A stretch of DNA of 64,000 bases from Pristiophorus japonicus (Eukaryota), in NCBI RefSeq assembly GCF_044704955.1, contig NC_091994.1, positions 47,492,001 through 47,556,000 of the forward strand, written 5' to 3'. Each line of letters starts with the position of its first letter. Within the stretch, counting starts at the first letter, position 1. Shown here in pieces: positions 48,221 to 61,473 of the stretch. Position numbers and translations under genes: made by a program. Below the pieces are notes generated by a model, which was given only the letters and a program-made list of their open reading frames with translations, was not told the origin of the DNA and did no database searches.

Positions 48221-51200
48221 TTGTGAAGCTGCAGGGGGAAGGCAAAAAAGAACTAGAAAAAAATAGAAAGGTGATGTCACAGCCAAGGGGGTAAGTGATT
48301 GGCTGGTGATTGGTGAGTAGTTTTTCTTTTTTCTCTTCAATAACAGTGAGTAAACTTTAGCATTGTTGTTGCCAATTTAAGTGTATCTAAGGGTTAAGTC
48401 ATGGCAGGAGAGCTCGGTCATTTGATATGCTCCTCCTGTACCATGTGGGAACTCGGGGACACTTCCGGTGTCCCTGACGACTACGTGTGCGGGAAGTGTA
48501 TCCGCCTCCAGCTCCTGACCGTCCGTGTTGCGGAATTGGAGCTGAGGGTGGATTCACTCTGGAGCATCCACGATGCTGAGAATGACGTGAGTAGCACGTG
48601 TAGCGAGTTGGTCGTACCGCAGGAGAAGGATCCACAGCCAGATAGGGAATGGAAGGCCAGCAGGAAGAGCAGTGCAGGGAAGGTAGTGCAGGGGTCCTCT
48701 GCGGTCATCCTCCTGCAAAACAGATACACCGTTTTGAGTACTGTTGAGGGGGATGACTCATCAGGGGAGGGCAGCAGCAGCCAAGTTCATGGCACCGTGG
48801 CTGGCTCTGCTGCACAGGAGGGCAGGAAAAAGAGTGGGAGAGCTATAGTAGTAGGGGATTCAATTGTAAGAGGAATAGATAGGCGTTTCTGCGGCTGCAA
48901 CCGAGACTCCAGGATGGTATATTGCTTCCCTGATGCAAGGGTCAAGGATGTCTCGGAGCGGGAGCAGGATATTTTGAAAGGGGAGGGTGAACAGTCAGTT
49001 GTCATGGTGCACATTGGTACCCATGATATAGGTAAAAAAAAGGGATGAGGTCCTACGAGACGAATTTAAGGAGCTAGGAGCTAAATTAAAACATAGGACC
49101 TCAAAAGTAGTAATCTCTGGATTGCTACCAGTGCCACGTGCTAGTCAGAGTAGGAATCGCAGGATAGTTCAGATGAATACGTGGCTTGAGCAGTGGTGCA
49201 GCAGGGAGGGATTCAAATTCCTGGGGCATTGGAACCGGTTCTGGGGGAGGTGGGACCAGTACAAACCGGACGGTCTGCACCTGGGCAGGACCGGAACCAA
49301 TGTCCTAGGGGGAGTGTTTGCTAGTGCTGTTGGGGAGGAGTTAAACTAATATGGCAGGGGGATGGGAACCAATGCAGGGAGACAGAAGCAAAAGACAGAA
49401 AGGAGATGAGTAAAAGTGGAGGGCAGAGAAACCCAAGGCAAAAAACAAAAAGGGCCACTGTACAGCAAAATTCTAAAGGGTCAAAGTGTAATAAAAACGC
49501 AAGCCTGAATGCTTGGTACCTGAATGCGAGGAGTATTCGGAACCCAGGAAAGGGCTCTGAGCTAGTTAGAGTGGGTGAGAGCTCAGATGAACAGGACCCC
49601 AAGAAAGAATTCAAAAGGCAGGAGGCAACAGAGCAGAGTAGCACTGGGGTAAGTGTAAACCACAAGGTGATAGGAAGGGACAATATGTATGATTATAAAG
49701 GGGCTGCAGGAGGGGTCAAAGCTAAAAATCATGGTTTAAAAACCAGTCCGAAAACACTCTACCTAAACGCATGCAGCATTCGAAATAAAGTAAATGAGTT
49801 GACGGCTCAAATCATTACAAATGGGTATGATTTGGTGGCCATTACAGAAACGTGGTTGCAGGGTGGCCAAGACTGGAAATTAAACATACAGGGGTATCTG
49901 ACAATTCGGAAAGATAGACAAGAAGGGAAAGGAGGTGGTGTAGCTCTGTTAATAAAGGATGATATCAGGGCAGTTGTGAGAGACGATATTGGCTCCAATG
50001 AACAAAATGTTGAATCATTGTGGGTGGAGATTAGAGATAGTAAGGGGAAAAAGTTACTGGTGGGCGTAATTTATAGGCCCCCAAATAATAACTTCATGGT
50101 GGGGCGGGCAATAATCAAGGGAATAATGGAGGCATGTGTAAAAAGAACGGCAGTAATCATGGGGGATTTTAACCTACATATCGATTGGTCAAATCAAATC
50201 GCACGGGGTAGCCTTGAGGAGGAATTCATAGAATGCATACGGGATTGTTTCTTAGAACAGTATGTTACAGAACCTACAAGGGAGCAAGCTATCTTAGATC
50301 TGGTCCTGTGTAATGAGACAGGAATAATAAACGATCTCCTAGTAAAAGATCCTCTTAGAATGAGTGATCACAGTATGGTTGAATTTGTAATACAGATTGA
50401 GGGTGAGGAAGTAGTGTCTCAAACGAGTGTACTATGCTTAAACAAAGGGGACTACAGTGGGATGAGGGCAGAGTTGGCTAAAGTAGACTGGGAACACAGA
50501 CTAAACGGTGGCACAATTGAGGAACAGTGGAGGACTTTTAAGGAGCTCTTTCATAGTGCTCAACAAAAATATATTCCAGTGAAAAAGAAGGGCGGTAAGA
50601 GAAGGGATAACCAGCCGAGGATAACCAAGGAAATAAAGGAGAGTACCAAATTAAAAACCAATGCGTATAAGGTGGCCAAGGTTAGTGGGAAAGTAGAAGA
50701 TTGGGAAAATTTTAAATGATAGCAAAGAATGACTAAGAAAGCGATAAAGAAAGGAAAGATAGATTACGAAAGTAAAATTGCACAAAACATAAAAACAGAT
50801 AGTAAAAGCTTTTACCGATATATAAAACGGAAGAGAGTGACTAAAGTAAATGTTGGTCCCTTAGAAGATGAGAAGGGGGATTTAATAATGGGAAATGTGG
50901 AAATGGCTGAGACCTCAAACAATTATTTTGCTTCGGTCTTCACAGTGGAAGACACAAAAACCATGCCAAAAATTGCTGGTCACGGGAATGTGGGAAGGGA
51001 GGACCTTGAGACTATCACTATCACTAGGGGGGTAGTGCTGGACAGGCTCATGGGACTCAAGGTAGACAAGTCCCCTAGTCCTGATGAAATGCATCCCAAG
51101 GTATTAAAAGAGATGGCGGAAGTTATAACAGATGCATTCGTTATAATCTACCAAAATTCTCTGGACTCTGGGGTGGTACCATCGGATTGGAAAGCAGCTA

Positions 51201-52200
51201 ATGTAACGCCTCTGTTTAAAAAAGGGGGCAGACAAAAGGCAGGTAACTAGGTCGGTTAGTTTAACATCTGTAGTGGGGAAAATGCTTGAAGCTATCATTA
51301 AGGAAGAAATAGCGGGACATCTAGATATGAATAGTGCAATCAAGCAGACGCAACATGGATTCATGAAGGGGAAATCATGTTTAACTAATTTACTGGATTT
51401 CTTTGAGGATATAACGAGCATGGTGGATAGAGGTGTACTGATGGATGTGGTGTATTTAGATTTCCAAAAGGCATTCGATAAGGTGCCACACAAAAGGTTA
51501 CTGCAGAAGATAAAGGTACACGGAGTCAGAGGAAATGTATTAGCATGGATCGAGAATTGGCTGGCTAACAGAAAGCAGAGAGTCGGGATAAATGGGTCCT
51601 TTTCGGGTTGGAAATCGGTGGTTAGTGGTGTGCCACAGGGATCGGTGCTGGGATCACAACAGTTTACAATATACATAGATGGCCTGAAAGAGGGGACGGA
51701 GTGTAGTGTAACAATATTTGCAGATGACATAAAGATTAGTGGGAAAGCGGGTTGTGTAGAGGACACAGAGAGGCTGCAAAGAGATTTAGATCGGTTAAGC
51801 GAATGGGCTAAGGTTTGGCAGATGGAATACAATGTCGGAAAATGTGAGGTCATCCACCTTGGAAAAGAACACAGTAAAAGGGAATATTATTTGAATGGGG
51901 AGAAATTACAACATGCTGCGGTGCAGAGGGACCTGGGGGTCCTTGTGCATGAAACTCTTTTGTAGTTTACCTGTAAAACATAAACATTAATCGGTGCCAC
52001 CCGACCTGGATGACACACCAGATATTTACAAGGCCCATTATTTTTCTTTTTTGTGGTTTTTTTTTTGTGTTTTTCTTTTTTTTGGTTTTTTTTTGGGCAC
52101 TAAAATCAAATTTTTTTTTTCCTCCAGTGCCCCCTATAAAAGGGGAGGGGGACACTAAAAGCACTGGCAATTAAAACAAATTAAACTTTAAAACGTAAAA

Positions 52201-55200
52201 TCAAATTAAAATTTGGTTGCCGGGCATGATGATGCACTCCAGTCCCTCCGGTGCCCACCTCTCGCGGAAGGCCGCGAGCGTACCGGTGGACACCGCGTGC
52301 TCCATCTCCAAGGACACCCTGGACCGGATGTAAGAGCGGAAGAGAGGCAGGCAGTCAGGTTGAACGACCCCCTCGACCGCCCGCTGCCTGGACTGGCTGA
52401 TGGCACCCTTGGCCGTGCCCAGGAGCAGTCCTACGAGGAGGCCCTCGGACCTACCCGTTCCCCTCCGCACAGGGTGCCCAAAGATCAGGAGAGTGGGACT
52501 GAAGTGCAGCCAGAATTTCAGGAGCAGCCCCTTTAAATAATGAAACAGGGGCTGCAACCTCGTGCACTCAATAAAAACAGAACACGGACTCCTCCAGACC
52601 GCAGAAATTGCAGGCGGCCTGGGAGTCCGTGAACCGGCTTAAAAATTTGTTGCACGGCACTGCTCCGTGCACCACCCTCCAGGCCAAGTCCCCGATGAAT
52701 AGTGGGAGGACTCCCGCATAGCGTGCCCTCCATCGGGGACCCCCGCCTCCTCCGGACGGCAAGATGGTATGCCATGGCGTGTCCGGACGGCCGGCGAGGA
52801 TGGCAAAGTTGAGAGTGTGCAGGAGCAGCCCGTACAGGAAACCCCTCCGCACGGAACTGAAAGGCACGGAGGGGATTTCCCCGAGGCGGCTCAAGTTGTG
52901 AGGCGCTGGCCCCCGAGGGAGGTTCCGGGGTTTTGCGCCAATGAGGAATTCCGTCCGGACGGGGGTCAGCTTGGACGGGATCTCCCCACGTGCTTGAGCC
53001 TCCTCGATGCACCTAACAGAGTCAGGGCCCAAAGCTGTTTTTAGCGACTCGATGGCTTCGGCCGCGCGGCGGACATCGGCTGAATTTAGGCGCCGTGCCA
53101 GCGTGCCTGGTGCCATCCAGCCCGCTCCTCCGCCATCGAGCAGGTCCCTGACCCTGGTCACCTCACCAGCCACAGCCCTCTCTTCCGACCGCTACGTAAA
53201 ACCTCGGTCGTGGAGGTACGGATTCCCGAGCAGCGGCTCCTGCAGGACAGCCGCCACTCCAGCCGGCGGAGAGCTGCGCTTGGCGGAGACTTTGTTCCAG
53301 ACCCTGATGAGTTCCTTGTAAAAGACAGGCAGCTCCCGGAGGGTGGTCCTGACGCCCCCCAAGTTCACAAACAGGAGCTGCGTGTCGTAATTGAGGTCGC
53401 GCTGCTGGCGGAAGAAATACGTCGCCAGAGCACACCACCTAGGAGGGGGCTCGACGTAAAGGTATCTCTGCAGGGTCTGAAGACGGAAAGTCGCGAGCTG
53501 GGCGCTGACGCACACCAACGACTGACCGCCCTCCTCAAGCGGGAGACTCAAGACCGCGGCAGAGACCCAGTGCTTCCTGTTGTTCCAGAAGAAGTCCACC
53601 AGCTTCTTCTGTATCTTGGCGACAAACGCAGGGGGAGGGGTCAAAGTGACCAGCAGGTACCACAACATTGCGGCCACCAGCTGGTTTATGACTAGCGCTC
53701 GACCCCTGTAGGACAGCACTCGGAGCAATCCTGTCCAGCGCCCTAGGCGAGCGGCGACCTTGGCCTCCAGCTCCTGCCAGTTCGCCGGCCAGGCTTCCTC
53801 GTCGGGGCTAAGGTAGACTCCCAGATAGAGGAGATGGGTCGTGCTCCAGGCAAAAGGCCTGAGCTCCTCTGGCAGGGAGTCCACCCGCCACTGACCCACC
53901 AGGAGTCCGGAACATTTCTCCCAGTTGATCCTGGCGGAGGACGCGGCCGAGTAAATCTCCTGGCACTCACGCATCCTCCGCAGGTCAGCGGGATCCTCTA
54001 CCGTGAGGAGCACGTCATCGGCGTAAGCCGAGAGGACGACCTCCACGTCCGGCCCTTGCAGAGCCAGTCCCGTCAACCTCGTCCGCAGGAGGCGCAGGAA
54101 AGGCTCCACGCAGACGGCGTATAACTGGCCGGACATGGGGCATCCCTGGCGCACCCCTCTCCTAAAGCGAAGGGGCGCCGTCAAGGACCCGTTAACCTTA
54201 ATCAGACACTCCGCGGCGGCGTACAAAAATCGGATCCGGGCGACGAAATGCGTCCCGAACCCGAAAGCGCGCAGAGTTCCGAGCAGATAGTCGTGATCCA
54301 CCCTGTCGAACGCCTTCTCTTGGTCGAGAGATAAGAAGGCGACCGACAGACCAGCCTCCTGGGAATGATGGATGAGGTCCCGGACCAGATGGATGTTGTC
54401 GTGGATTGTCCGGCCCGGGACCGTGTAGGACTGGTCGGGGTGGATCATGTGGTCCAGCACGGCACCAAGGCGAGCAGACATCGCCCTGGCGAAGATTTTG
54501 TAGTCCGTGCTGAGGAGGGAGACCGGGCGCCAGTTCTTAAGGAGGCAGAGATCACCCTTCTTAGGCAGCAGGACGATGACTGCCCTGCGCCAAGAGAGGG
54601 GCATCTCCCCGGTCGCCAGACTTTCCCCCAGGACCCGCGCGTAGTCGCCCCCCATGACGTCCCAGAATGCCCTGTGGAACTCCACGGTCAGCCCGTCCAG
54701 CCCCGGGGTTTTTCCCCTCAAGAGCCGGTCGAGGGCACCGGTCAGCTCCGCCAGGCTTAGCGGAGCTTCCAAATTTTCACCGCCCTCCGGGCTGACTTTC
54801 GGCAGGTCCTCCCACAAAACTCTACGCGCTTCCTCGCTGGACGGCTCCGGAGAGAACAGAGCCCCGTAATATTCACAGGCCCTGTTGTTGACGCCCTCCG
54901 GATCCGAGACGAGAGAGCCGTCGTCGGCCAGCAGCGTCAAGAGCTGCTTACGGACACTCTGTCTTTTTTCCAGCGAGTAGAAGAAGGGGGAGCCGCGGTC
55001 CAGATCCCGCAGGAACCGGATCCGCGACCTCACGAACGCGCCTCGGGACCCGACGAGCTGCAGGTCCTTCAGCGCGGCCTTCTTCGCTTCGTACACCGTC
55101 CGCAGGGCCGGGTCCTCGACGACTTGACCGAGATGGGATTCCAGGTCGAGCACCTCTTTTTCTAGGCGCCCGACTCTGGCCGCCCGCCTCTTGGTCGACC

Positions 55201-56098
55201 CCCTCGCGTACTCTTGACAGAAGACGCGGACGTGAGCCTTGCCCACGTCCCACCATAGCCTCAAGGAGGGGAAGCCCCCCTGCTTCCTTCTCCAGTCGGA
55301 CCAGAATCGACGGAACGAGTCCTGGAATCGCACGTCCTCCAGCAGCCGGTTGTTAAAATGCCAGTACGCGGACTCCGTCCTCGCGCGGAGCGAAGCGAGC
55401 TCCGCCCACACCAGGTGGTGGTCCGAACACGGCACTGGCCGCATGGAGGCCGCCGGGACGCAGGAAACGTACGCCCGAGACACGTAAAGGCGGTCGACTC
55501 TGGACCATCCTACTCCAGGCCTCACCCAAGTAAAGGCGCTGGAGTCGGGGTGGAGATTTCGCCAGACGTCCACCAAGTCGAAGGACCCGACCAGATCCCT
55601 CAACTTCTCCATCGCCGTCATGCACTGCGGGGCACCGGAGCGGTCCCTCGCCTCGAGGGTGCAGTTAAAATCCCCCCCGAGGGCAATGCAGTCGCCAACG
55701 TCGACGGAGCCAAGAAGAGCGGACACCTCTTCAAAGAAACGCGTTTGCTGTGGGCCAGGCTGAGGGGCGTACACGTTCACGAGATGGAGCGGCACGTCCC
55801 CCAGGCGAACCGTTACGTGCAGCAAGCGGCCTGGCACGGGCTCCTCGACCCCCAAGATCTCCGGCTGAAAATGCGGGCCCAGCAAGATGGCCACCCCACT
55901 AGAAGTGGCGGTGAGGTGGCTCATGCGGACCTCTACTTGCCATTCCAGGAGCCACGTGGCTTCGTCTCCCGGAACGGTGTGGGTTTCTTGCAGGAAGCAC
56001 ACCGCATATTTCCCCTCCCGCAGGAGCGTAAAATTGTGAAATCTACAGCGTGCCCCTCTGCCGCCGTTGATGTTGAGGCTGGCTATGGTTATCTTCAT
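52201..56098 (-). pseudogene. Tx1 ORF2 (APE endonuclease, RT, C-terminal zinc finger)
   Basis: SLNINGG, LQETH, GGDFN, SDHH, DQEKAFDRV, GVRQGCPMS, YADDV, CNFC; nonsense codon at 53192-53194 and frameshift near 52575. Confidence 0.93.
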
Positions 56099-56124
56099 GG
56101 CAAAAGCATAGTGCAACCTCTACC

Positions 56125-58187
56125 TTAACCTATTATGGGGGAGGGAGCGGAGTCTTTTGTTGAACTCCACTCCCTCCGCAGCCCAGCGAGGAGTCCCTCG
56201 AGCTCGCGCTGCTCAAGGTGTTGCGCCTTTGTCAAGGGCCCGCCCGCGGCCAAGGTTTTAGCGGTGGCGCGGACGGACCCCTTGATCAGCTCTGGCTCGG
56301 ACCATTTGTCCAGGGCCAGTTGGGCTCGGTTGCAGCGACCCCGGCTCTGGGCCAAAAAGTCCCGGAGTTCCTTTGCAGGAATGAGGAGGGTCTCAGCGGC
56401 GGCCGCGAGCAGATCCACCGCCTCGCTGGCGGTGGTCTCTCGTTCTTCTCCCGCGTCCCCCACCGAGTCCCCGTCCTCCTCCGGGAGGTGGCCGCCAGCA
56501 GCCGGCCCATCGACCTCACAAGGTACGGTAAATGACCCGGCCGCTCCAACCGGCCCTGGCTCTGCCCCGATCCCACCCCCAGGATCGTCGGCAGAGGAGT
56601 CCCCACTGGGCTCTTTTAAAAGTGGTGCTGGGTCGGGAAACGACAGCGGAAGGGGTTCCCCCTCCGCCCCAGGAACCGGGGAACAAAGAGAGACCCGGCC
56701 ATAGGAAATCCCCAGGCCCTCCAAGTGCTCCAGCTCCAAAGTAGGGGGCGAGGGTGGGTGTTCCTCCCCCTCCCCGCTGCCACCCACCGGCCCAGCATGT
56801 ACAGTGTTGTTATAATTATTAATTCCAGTTTCTGCCGGGTCGAGCGACTCCCGGGGGAAGTTGGATAATAGCTGGGCGGGCTCAGGTTCGGCCTTTTCGG
56901 CCCCGCCCGCCTCAGTCCCCAGGACGCCCGGCCCGGCGGCTACGCATTCCTCCGCTGGCCCCACGCCCCCCACGACAGGCAGATCCTCCACGCCATCCCC
57001 GGGAGGCAGAGGCTGGGCAGCCTCGACTGTCTCACCCTCCCCGGGGACAGACTCCTCTCGCCTACAGCGCAGCTTGGGGGCGCTGGTGGGGGACGCGGGA
57101 CACGCGGCGGGCACCGACTCCTCCGCGGAGGGATGTTGTTCCCCCTCCGCCTCATCGGAGCGGCGCCTCCTTTTGTTCCTGGGGGTGCGCGGAGGCAGGG
57201 AGACCTCCATGTCTGCCGAGTCCTCCCGCTCCACCCCCCCCTTTTTCTTTTCTTGCCCGCGCCCGAGACCCTCTGCGGTATTGGTCAAGGGCTCGGGCAC
57301 GGGCTCAGGGCACCCCGCGCTTGCCGGTGACTGGGTTGGGCCGAGCGCGGTGGTCAAACTTTCCGGCGCACCGAGGGGATCCGCCTCGAGATGTTTCGCC
57401 CTCGTCCGCGCCTTCCTTCCGATCGGACTCTCTCCCTCCCCCCCGCCAGAGGCCGTGAAAGCACGCGGACGCTACTAGGGGGAGGGGTGGCGGCGGCGCC
57501 AGCCTTGGCCGCCTTCGGTGGTTTGGCGGCTTTGGTGGCGGGGCAGTTCTTGCGAACGTGCACCACCTCCCTGCAGGCATGGCACCGCACGCCGTCCGAC
57601 GTCCAGAAGACGCGGTAGGCAGTCCCCTCGTGCACCACATTAAAATTTCCCTCCGTCGTCTCCTCCCGCGCCAGCCGGACAAAGAGCTGGCGGCGGAAGG
57701 AGAACACGTGGCGCAGGCTGCTCTCCCTGAGGCCGAGCGGTATGGGGTTGATCCCCGACCTTACCTCCCCCAGTTGGTGTAGGTGAGGGAGGAGGAGCTC
57801 AGCGGGAACAAAGGGCGGGACGTTTGAAATGATGACCTTCTGCGCGGTGGCCTCGAGAGGGTCCACCGGCAGGAACGTCCCGCCCACCGTGAGCCCCTTT
57901 TCGAGGGCCAGGGACACCGCCCGCTCCGACCCCAGGAAGAACACGGCCTTCCCAGACATCTTGGAGGCCGCGACAATGGCCGAGGGGCCGACTACCCCGG
58001 CCATCGCCCGCACGCACTCCTCGATGCTCATTGTGGGGTGAGTGTAGCCCTTGACCCCGTGTTTCTTCATTATAAGTCTGAAAGGTGGCAGGGCAGTAGG
58101 TGGCGCAGGAGGTGCCGTGGTTGTGGATGCCGCCTGCGCATAAGTCCTAGCTGGCCCTGCCACCGGCGTAGATGGGGTCGCCATCAC
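56125..58187 (-). pseudogene. Tx1 ORF1 (RRM-like region, zinc knuckle, long disordered region)
   Basis: KVIISNVPPFVP and CHACREVVHVRKNC; split by a frameshift near 57460. Confidence 0.88.
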
Positions 58188-59148
58188 GGGGTCCCTTTAA
58201 GGGCTACACCCACCCCAAAGTCACAGGCCTTAATGGTCTTTATTGGCCTCGTTTGTGTTTTGAGCAGAGGGAGCTCTGAAAGAGGTACACCTCTCCCCTA
58301 GTTAACGATTGGGGAGGGGCCTTGTTCCCTCTGCTCAGTGTCTTAATTGTTTTGTTTTTTAAAATTAGGAGGAAGGGCTCTCAGAGAGAGAGGGGAGAGA
58401 CAGAGAGAGAGAGATAGAGTGAGGGGGTGCGGGAAAGAGGGAGGCTACGAGGGCAGGTCTCCCCTCACAGCGATGGGTGGGTGTTTTTCTTGGGGTGCAC
58501 TCCCCAGATGATGGAAAAAAAAGAAACACAGTCTTTGGGGTGATCTTCGGGTGGGGGGAGAAGATGTCTTCACCAGGGGCAGCTAGAGCCACCCAGGCAC
58601 ACACTCCCAACGATGTTCAATAGGTGATTAAATATTCTTCAGCCAGGTAGCTCCAGCTATCCCAGGCTAGGCAATGGGGGAGGGGTGTTTCAATTGTGTG
58701 TGGGGCCTAGCTGTAGGCAAGACCCCCACACACACTTCCACACACACACACCCCCCGCGATGTTCCGGCCCTCAGTGGTCTTCTTTCCTCCCCCCACCGA
58801 TACAACAAAGTCTATTGGGGAATGCAGCAAAACACACCCACCTGTCGAAGATGTGGAAATGACTCTCCCTCCTTCCACACTGGATGGTGTTTCCTCAGGT
58901 TGTTCTTTCCCCCTCTCTCCAACTCTCTGTAGTTGTAATAAATGATAATTGTTCAGCTCTCCACCTCTCCCTTCAGATGTTGAATGGGTAGCAAGCTAGC
59001 CCTTTCCTTCTCTTCCTGGGCTGTTCTCAGGGCTCACTCCAGGCCTTCCAAGGCAGGAGCAAAAGCAGCAGCTCCTTCTCTCACTGCTCACAGCTCCAAC
59101 TGAGCAGGACATGCCTCCACTGCTCCACGATTGGTCCTTGTGCATGAA

Positions 59149-61473
59149 ACTCTTTTTGGAGTTTATCTGCAAAACATAAAACATTAATCTGTGCCACCTG
59201 ACCTGGATGACACACCAGACATTTACAAGGCCCTTTTTTTCTTTTTTGTGTTTTTTTTTTTGTGTTTTTCTTTTTTTTTTTTTCTTTTTGGGCACTAAAA
59301 TCACATTTTTTATTTTTTTTCCAGTGCCCCCTATAAAAGGGGAGGGGGACACTAAAAGCACCGGCAATTAAAACAAATTAAACTTTAAAACGTAAAATCA
59401 AATTAAAATTTGGTTGCTGGGCGTGATGATGCACTCCAGTCCCTCCGGTGCCCACCTCTCGCGGAAGGCCGCGAGCGTACCGGTTGACACCGCGTGCTCC
59501 ATCTCCAAGGACACCCTGGACCGTATGTAAGAGCGAAAGAGAGGCAGGCAGTCAGGTTGAACGACCCCCTCGACCGCCCGCTGCCTGGACCGGCTGATGG
59601 CACCCTTGGCACCTTGTGCATGAAACTCTTTTTGGAGTTTATCTGCAAAACAAAAACATTAATCGGTGCCACCCGACCTGGATGACACACCAGACATTTA
59701 CAAGGCCCTCTTTTTTTGTTTTTTTTGGGGGGGGTTTTTTGTGTTTTTTTTATTTTTTTTATTTTTGGGCACTAAAATCACCTTTTTTCCCCAGTGCCCC
59801 CTATAAAAGGGGAGGGGGACACTAAAAGCACCGGCAATTAAAACAAATTAAACTTTAAAACGTAAAATCAAATTAAAATTTGGTTGCCGGGTGTGATGAT
59901 GCACTCCAGTCCCTCCGGTGCCCACGTCTCGCGGAAGGCCGCGAGCGTACCGGTGGACACCGCGTGCTCCATCTCCAAGGACACCCTGGACCGGATGTAA
60001 GAGCGGAAGAGAGGCAGGCAGTCAGGTTGAACGACCCCCTCAACCGCCCGCTGCCTGGACCGGCTGATGGCACCCTTGGCACCTTGTGCATGAAACTCTT
60101 TTGAGTTTACCTGCGAAAACATAAAACATTAAACGGTGCCACCCGACCTGGGTGACACTCCAGACATTTACAAGGCCCTTTTTTTTTTTCCCCCCTTTTT
60201 TTTTGTGTTTTTCTTTTTTTTTTTTTTTGGGCACTAAAATCACAATTTTCCCCAGTGCCCCCTATAAAAGGGAAGGGGGACACTAAAAGCACCGGCAATT
60301 AAAACAAATTAAACTTAAAAACGTAAAATCAAATTAAAATTTGGTTGCCGGGCGTGATGATGCACTCCAGTCCCTCCGGTGCCCACCTCTCGCGGAAGGC
60401 CGCGAGCGTACCGGTGGACACCGCGTGCTCCATCTCCAAGGACACCCTGGACCGGATGTAAGAGCGGAAGAGAGGCAGGCAGTCAGGTTGAACGACCCCC
60501 TCGACCGCCCGCTGCCTGGACCGGCTGATGGCACCCTTGGCACCTTGTGCATGAAACTCTTTTTGGAGTTTACCTGTAAAACAAAAACATTAATCGGTGC
60601 CACCCGCCCTGGATGACACACCATACATTTACAAGGCCCTCTTTTTTTTTTTCCTTTTTTTGGTTTTTTTTTTGGGCACTAAAATCAAATTTTCCTTTTC
60701 CCAGTGCCCCCTATAAAAGGGGAGGGGGACACTAAAAGCACCGGCAATTAAAACAAATTAAACTTTAAAACGTAAAATCAAATTAAAATTTGGTTGCCGG
60801 GCGTGATGATGCACTCCAGTCCCTCCGGTGCCCACCTCTCGCGGAAGGCCGCGAGCGTACCGGTGGACACCGCGTGCTCCATCTCCAAGGACACCCTGGA
60901 CCGGATGTAAGAGCGGAAGAGAGGCAGGCAGTCAGGTTGAACGACCCCCTCGACCGCCCGCTGCCTGGACCGGCTGATGGCACCCTTGGCACCTTGTGCA
61001 TGAAACTCTTTTTGGAGTTTATCTGCAAAACAAAAACATTAATCGGTGCCACCCGACCTGGATGACACACCAGACATTTACAAGGCCCTCTTTTTTTGTT
61101 TTTTTTGGGGGGGGTTTTTTGTGGGTTTTTTTGTGTTTTTTTTTTGGGCACTAAAATCACCTTTTTTCCCCAGTGCCCCCTATAAAAGGGGAGGGGGACA
61201 CTAAAAGCACCGGCAATTAAAACAAATTAAACTTTAAAATGTAAAATCAAATTAAAATTTGGTTGCCGGGCGTGATGATGCACTCCAGTCCCTCCGGTGC
61301 CCACGTCTCGCGGAAGGCCGCGAGCGTACCGGTGGACACCGCGTGCTCCATCTCCAAGGACACCCTGGACCGGATGTAAGAGCGGAAGAAAGGCAGGCAG
61401 TCAGGTTGAACGACCCCCTCAACCGCCCGCTGCCTGGACCGGCTGATGGCACCCTTGGCACCTTGTGCATGAA
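59149..61473 (-). mobile_element. Array of five ~0.45-kb 5'-truncated Tx1 copies, each followed by CCTTGTGCATGAA
   Basis: Units 59149-59611, 59625-60081, 60095-60542, 60556-60991 and 61005-61460; 13-bp repeats at 59612, 60082, 60543, 60992 and 61461. Confidence 0.95.

Larger units (their letters stand above)
51954..59132 (-). mobile_element. Full-length Tx1-clade LINE
   Basis: About 0.95-kb 5' UTR, ORF1, ORF2, 3' end AAAAGAGT; 16-bp TSD GGTCCTTGTGCATGAA (51938-51953 and 59133-59148). Confidence 0.95.

Noticed and set aside
51954-59132. Currently autonomous Tx1 copy
   Set aside because: ORF1 frameshift, ORF2 nonsense codon and a frameshift in the zinc-finger region.
59133-61473. CRISPR-like repeat/spacer array
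   Set aside because: The repeats are 13-bp target duplications, the spacers are homologous Tx1 3' ends, the context is eukaryotic and there are no cas genes.
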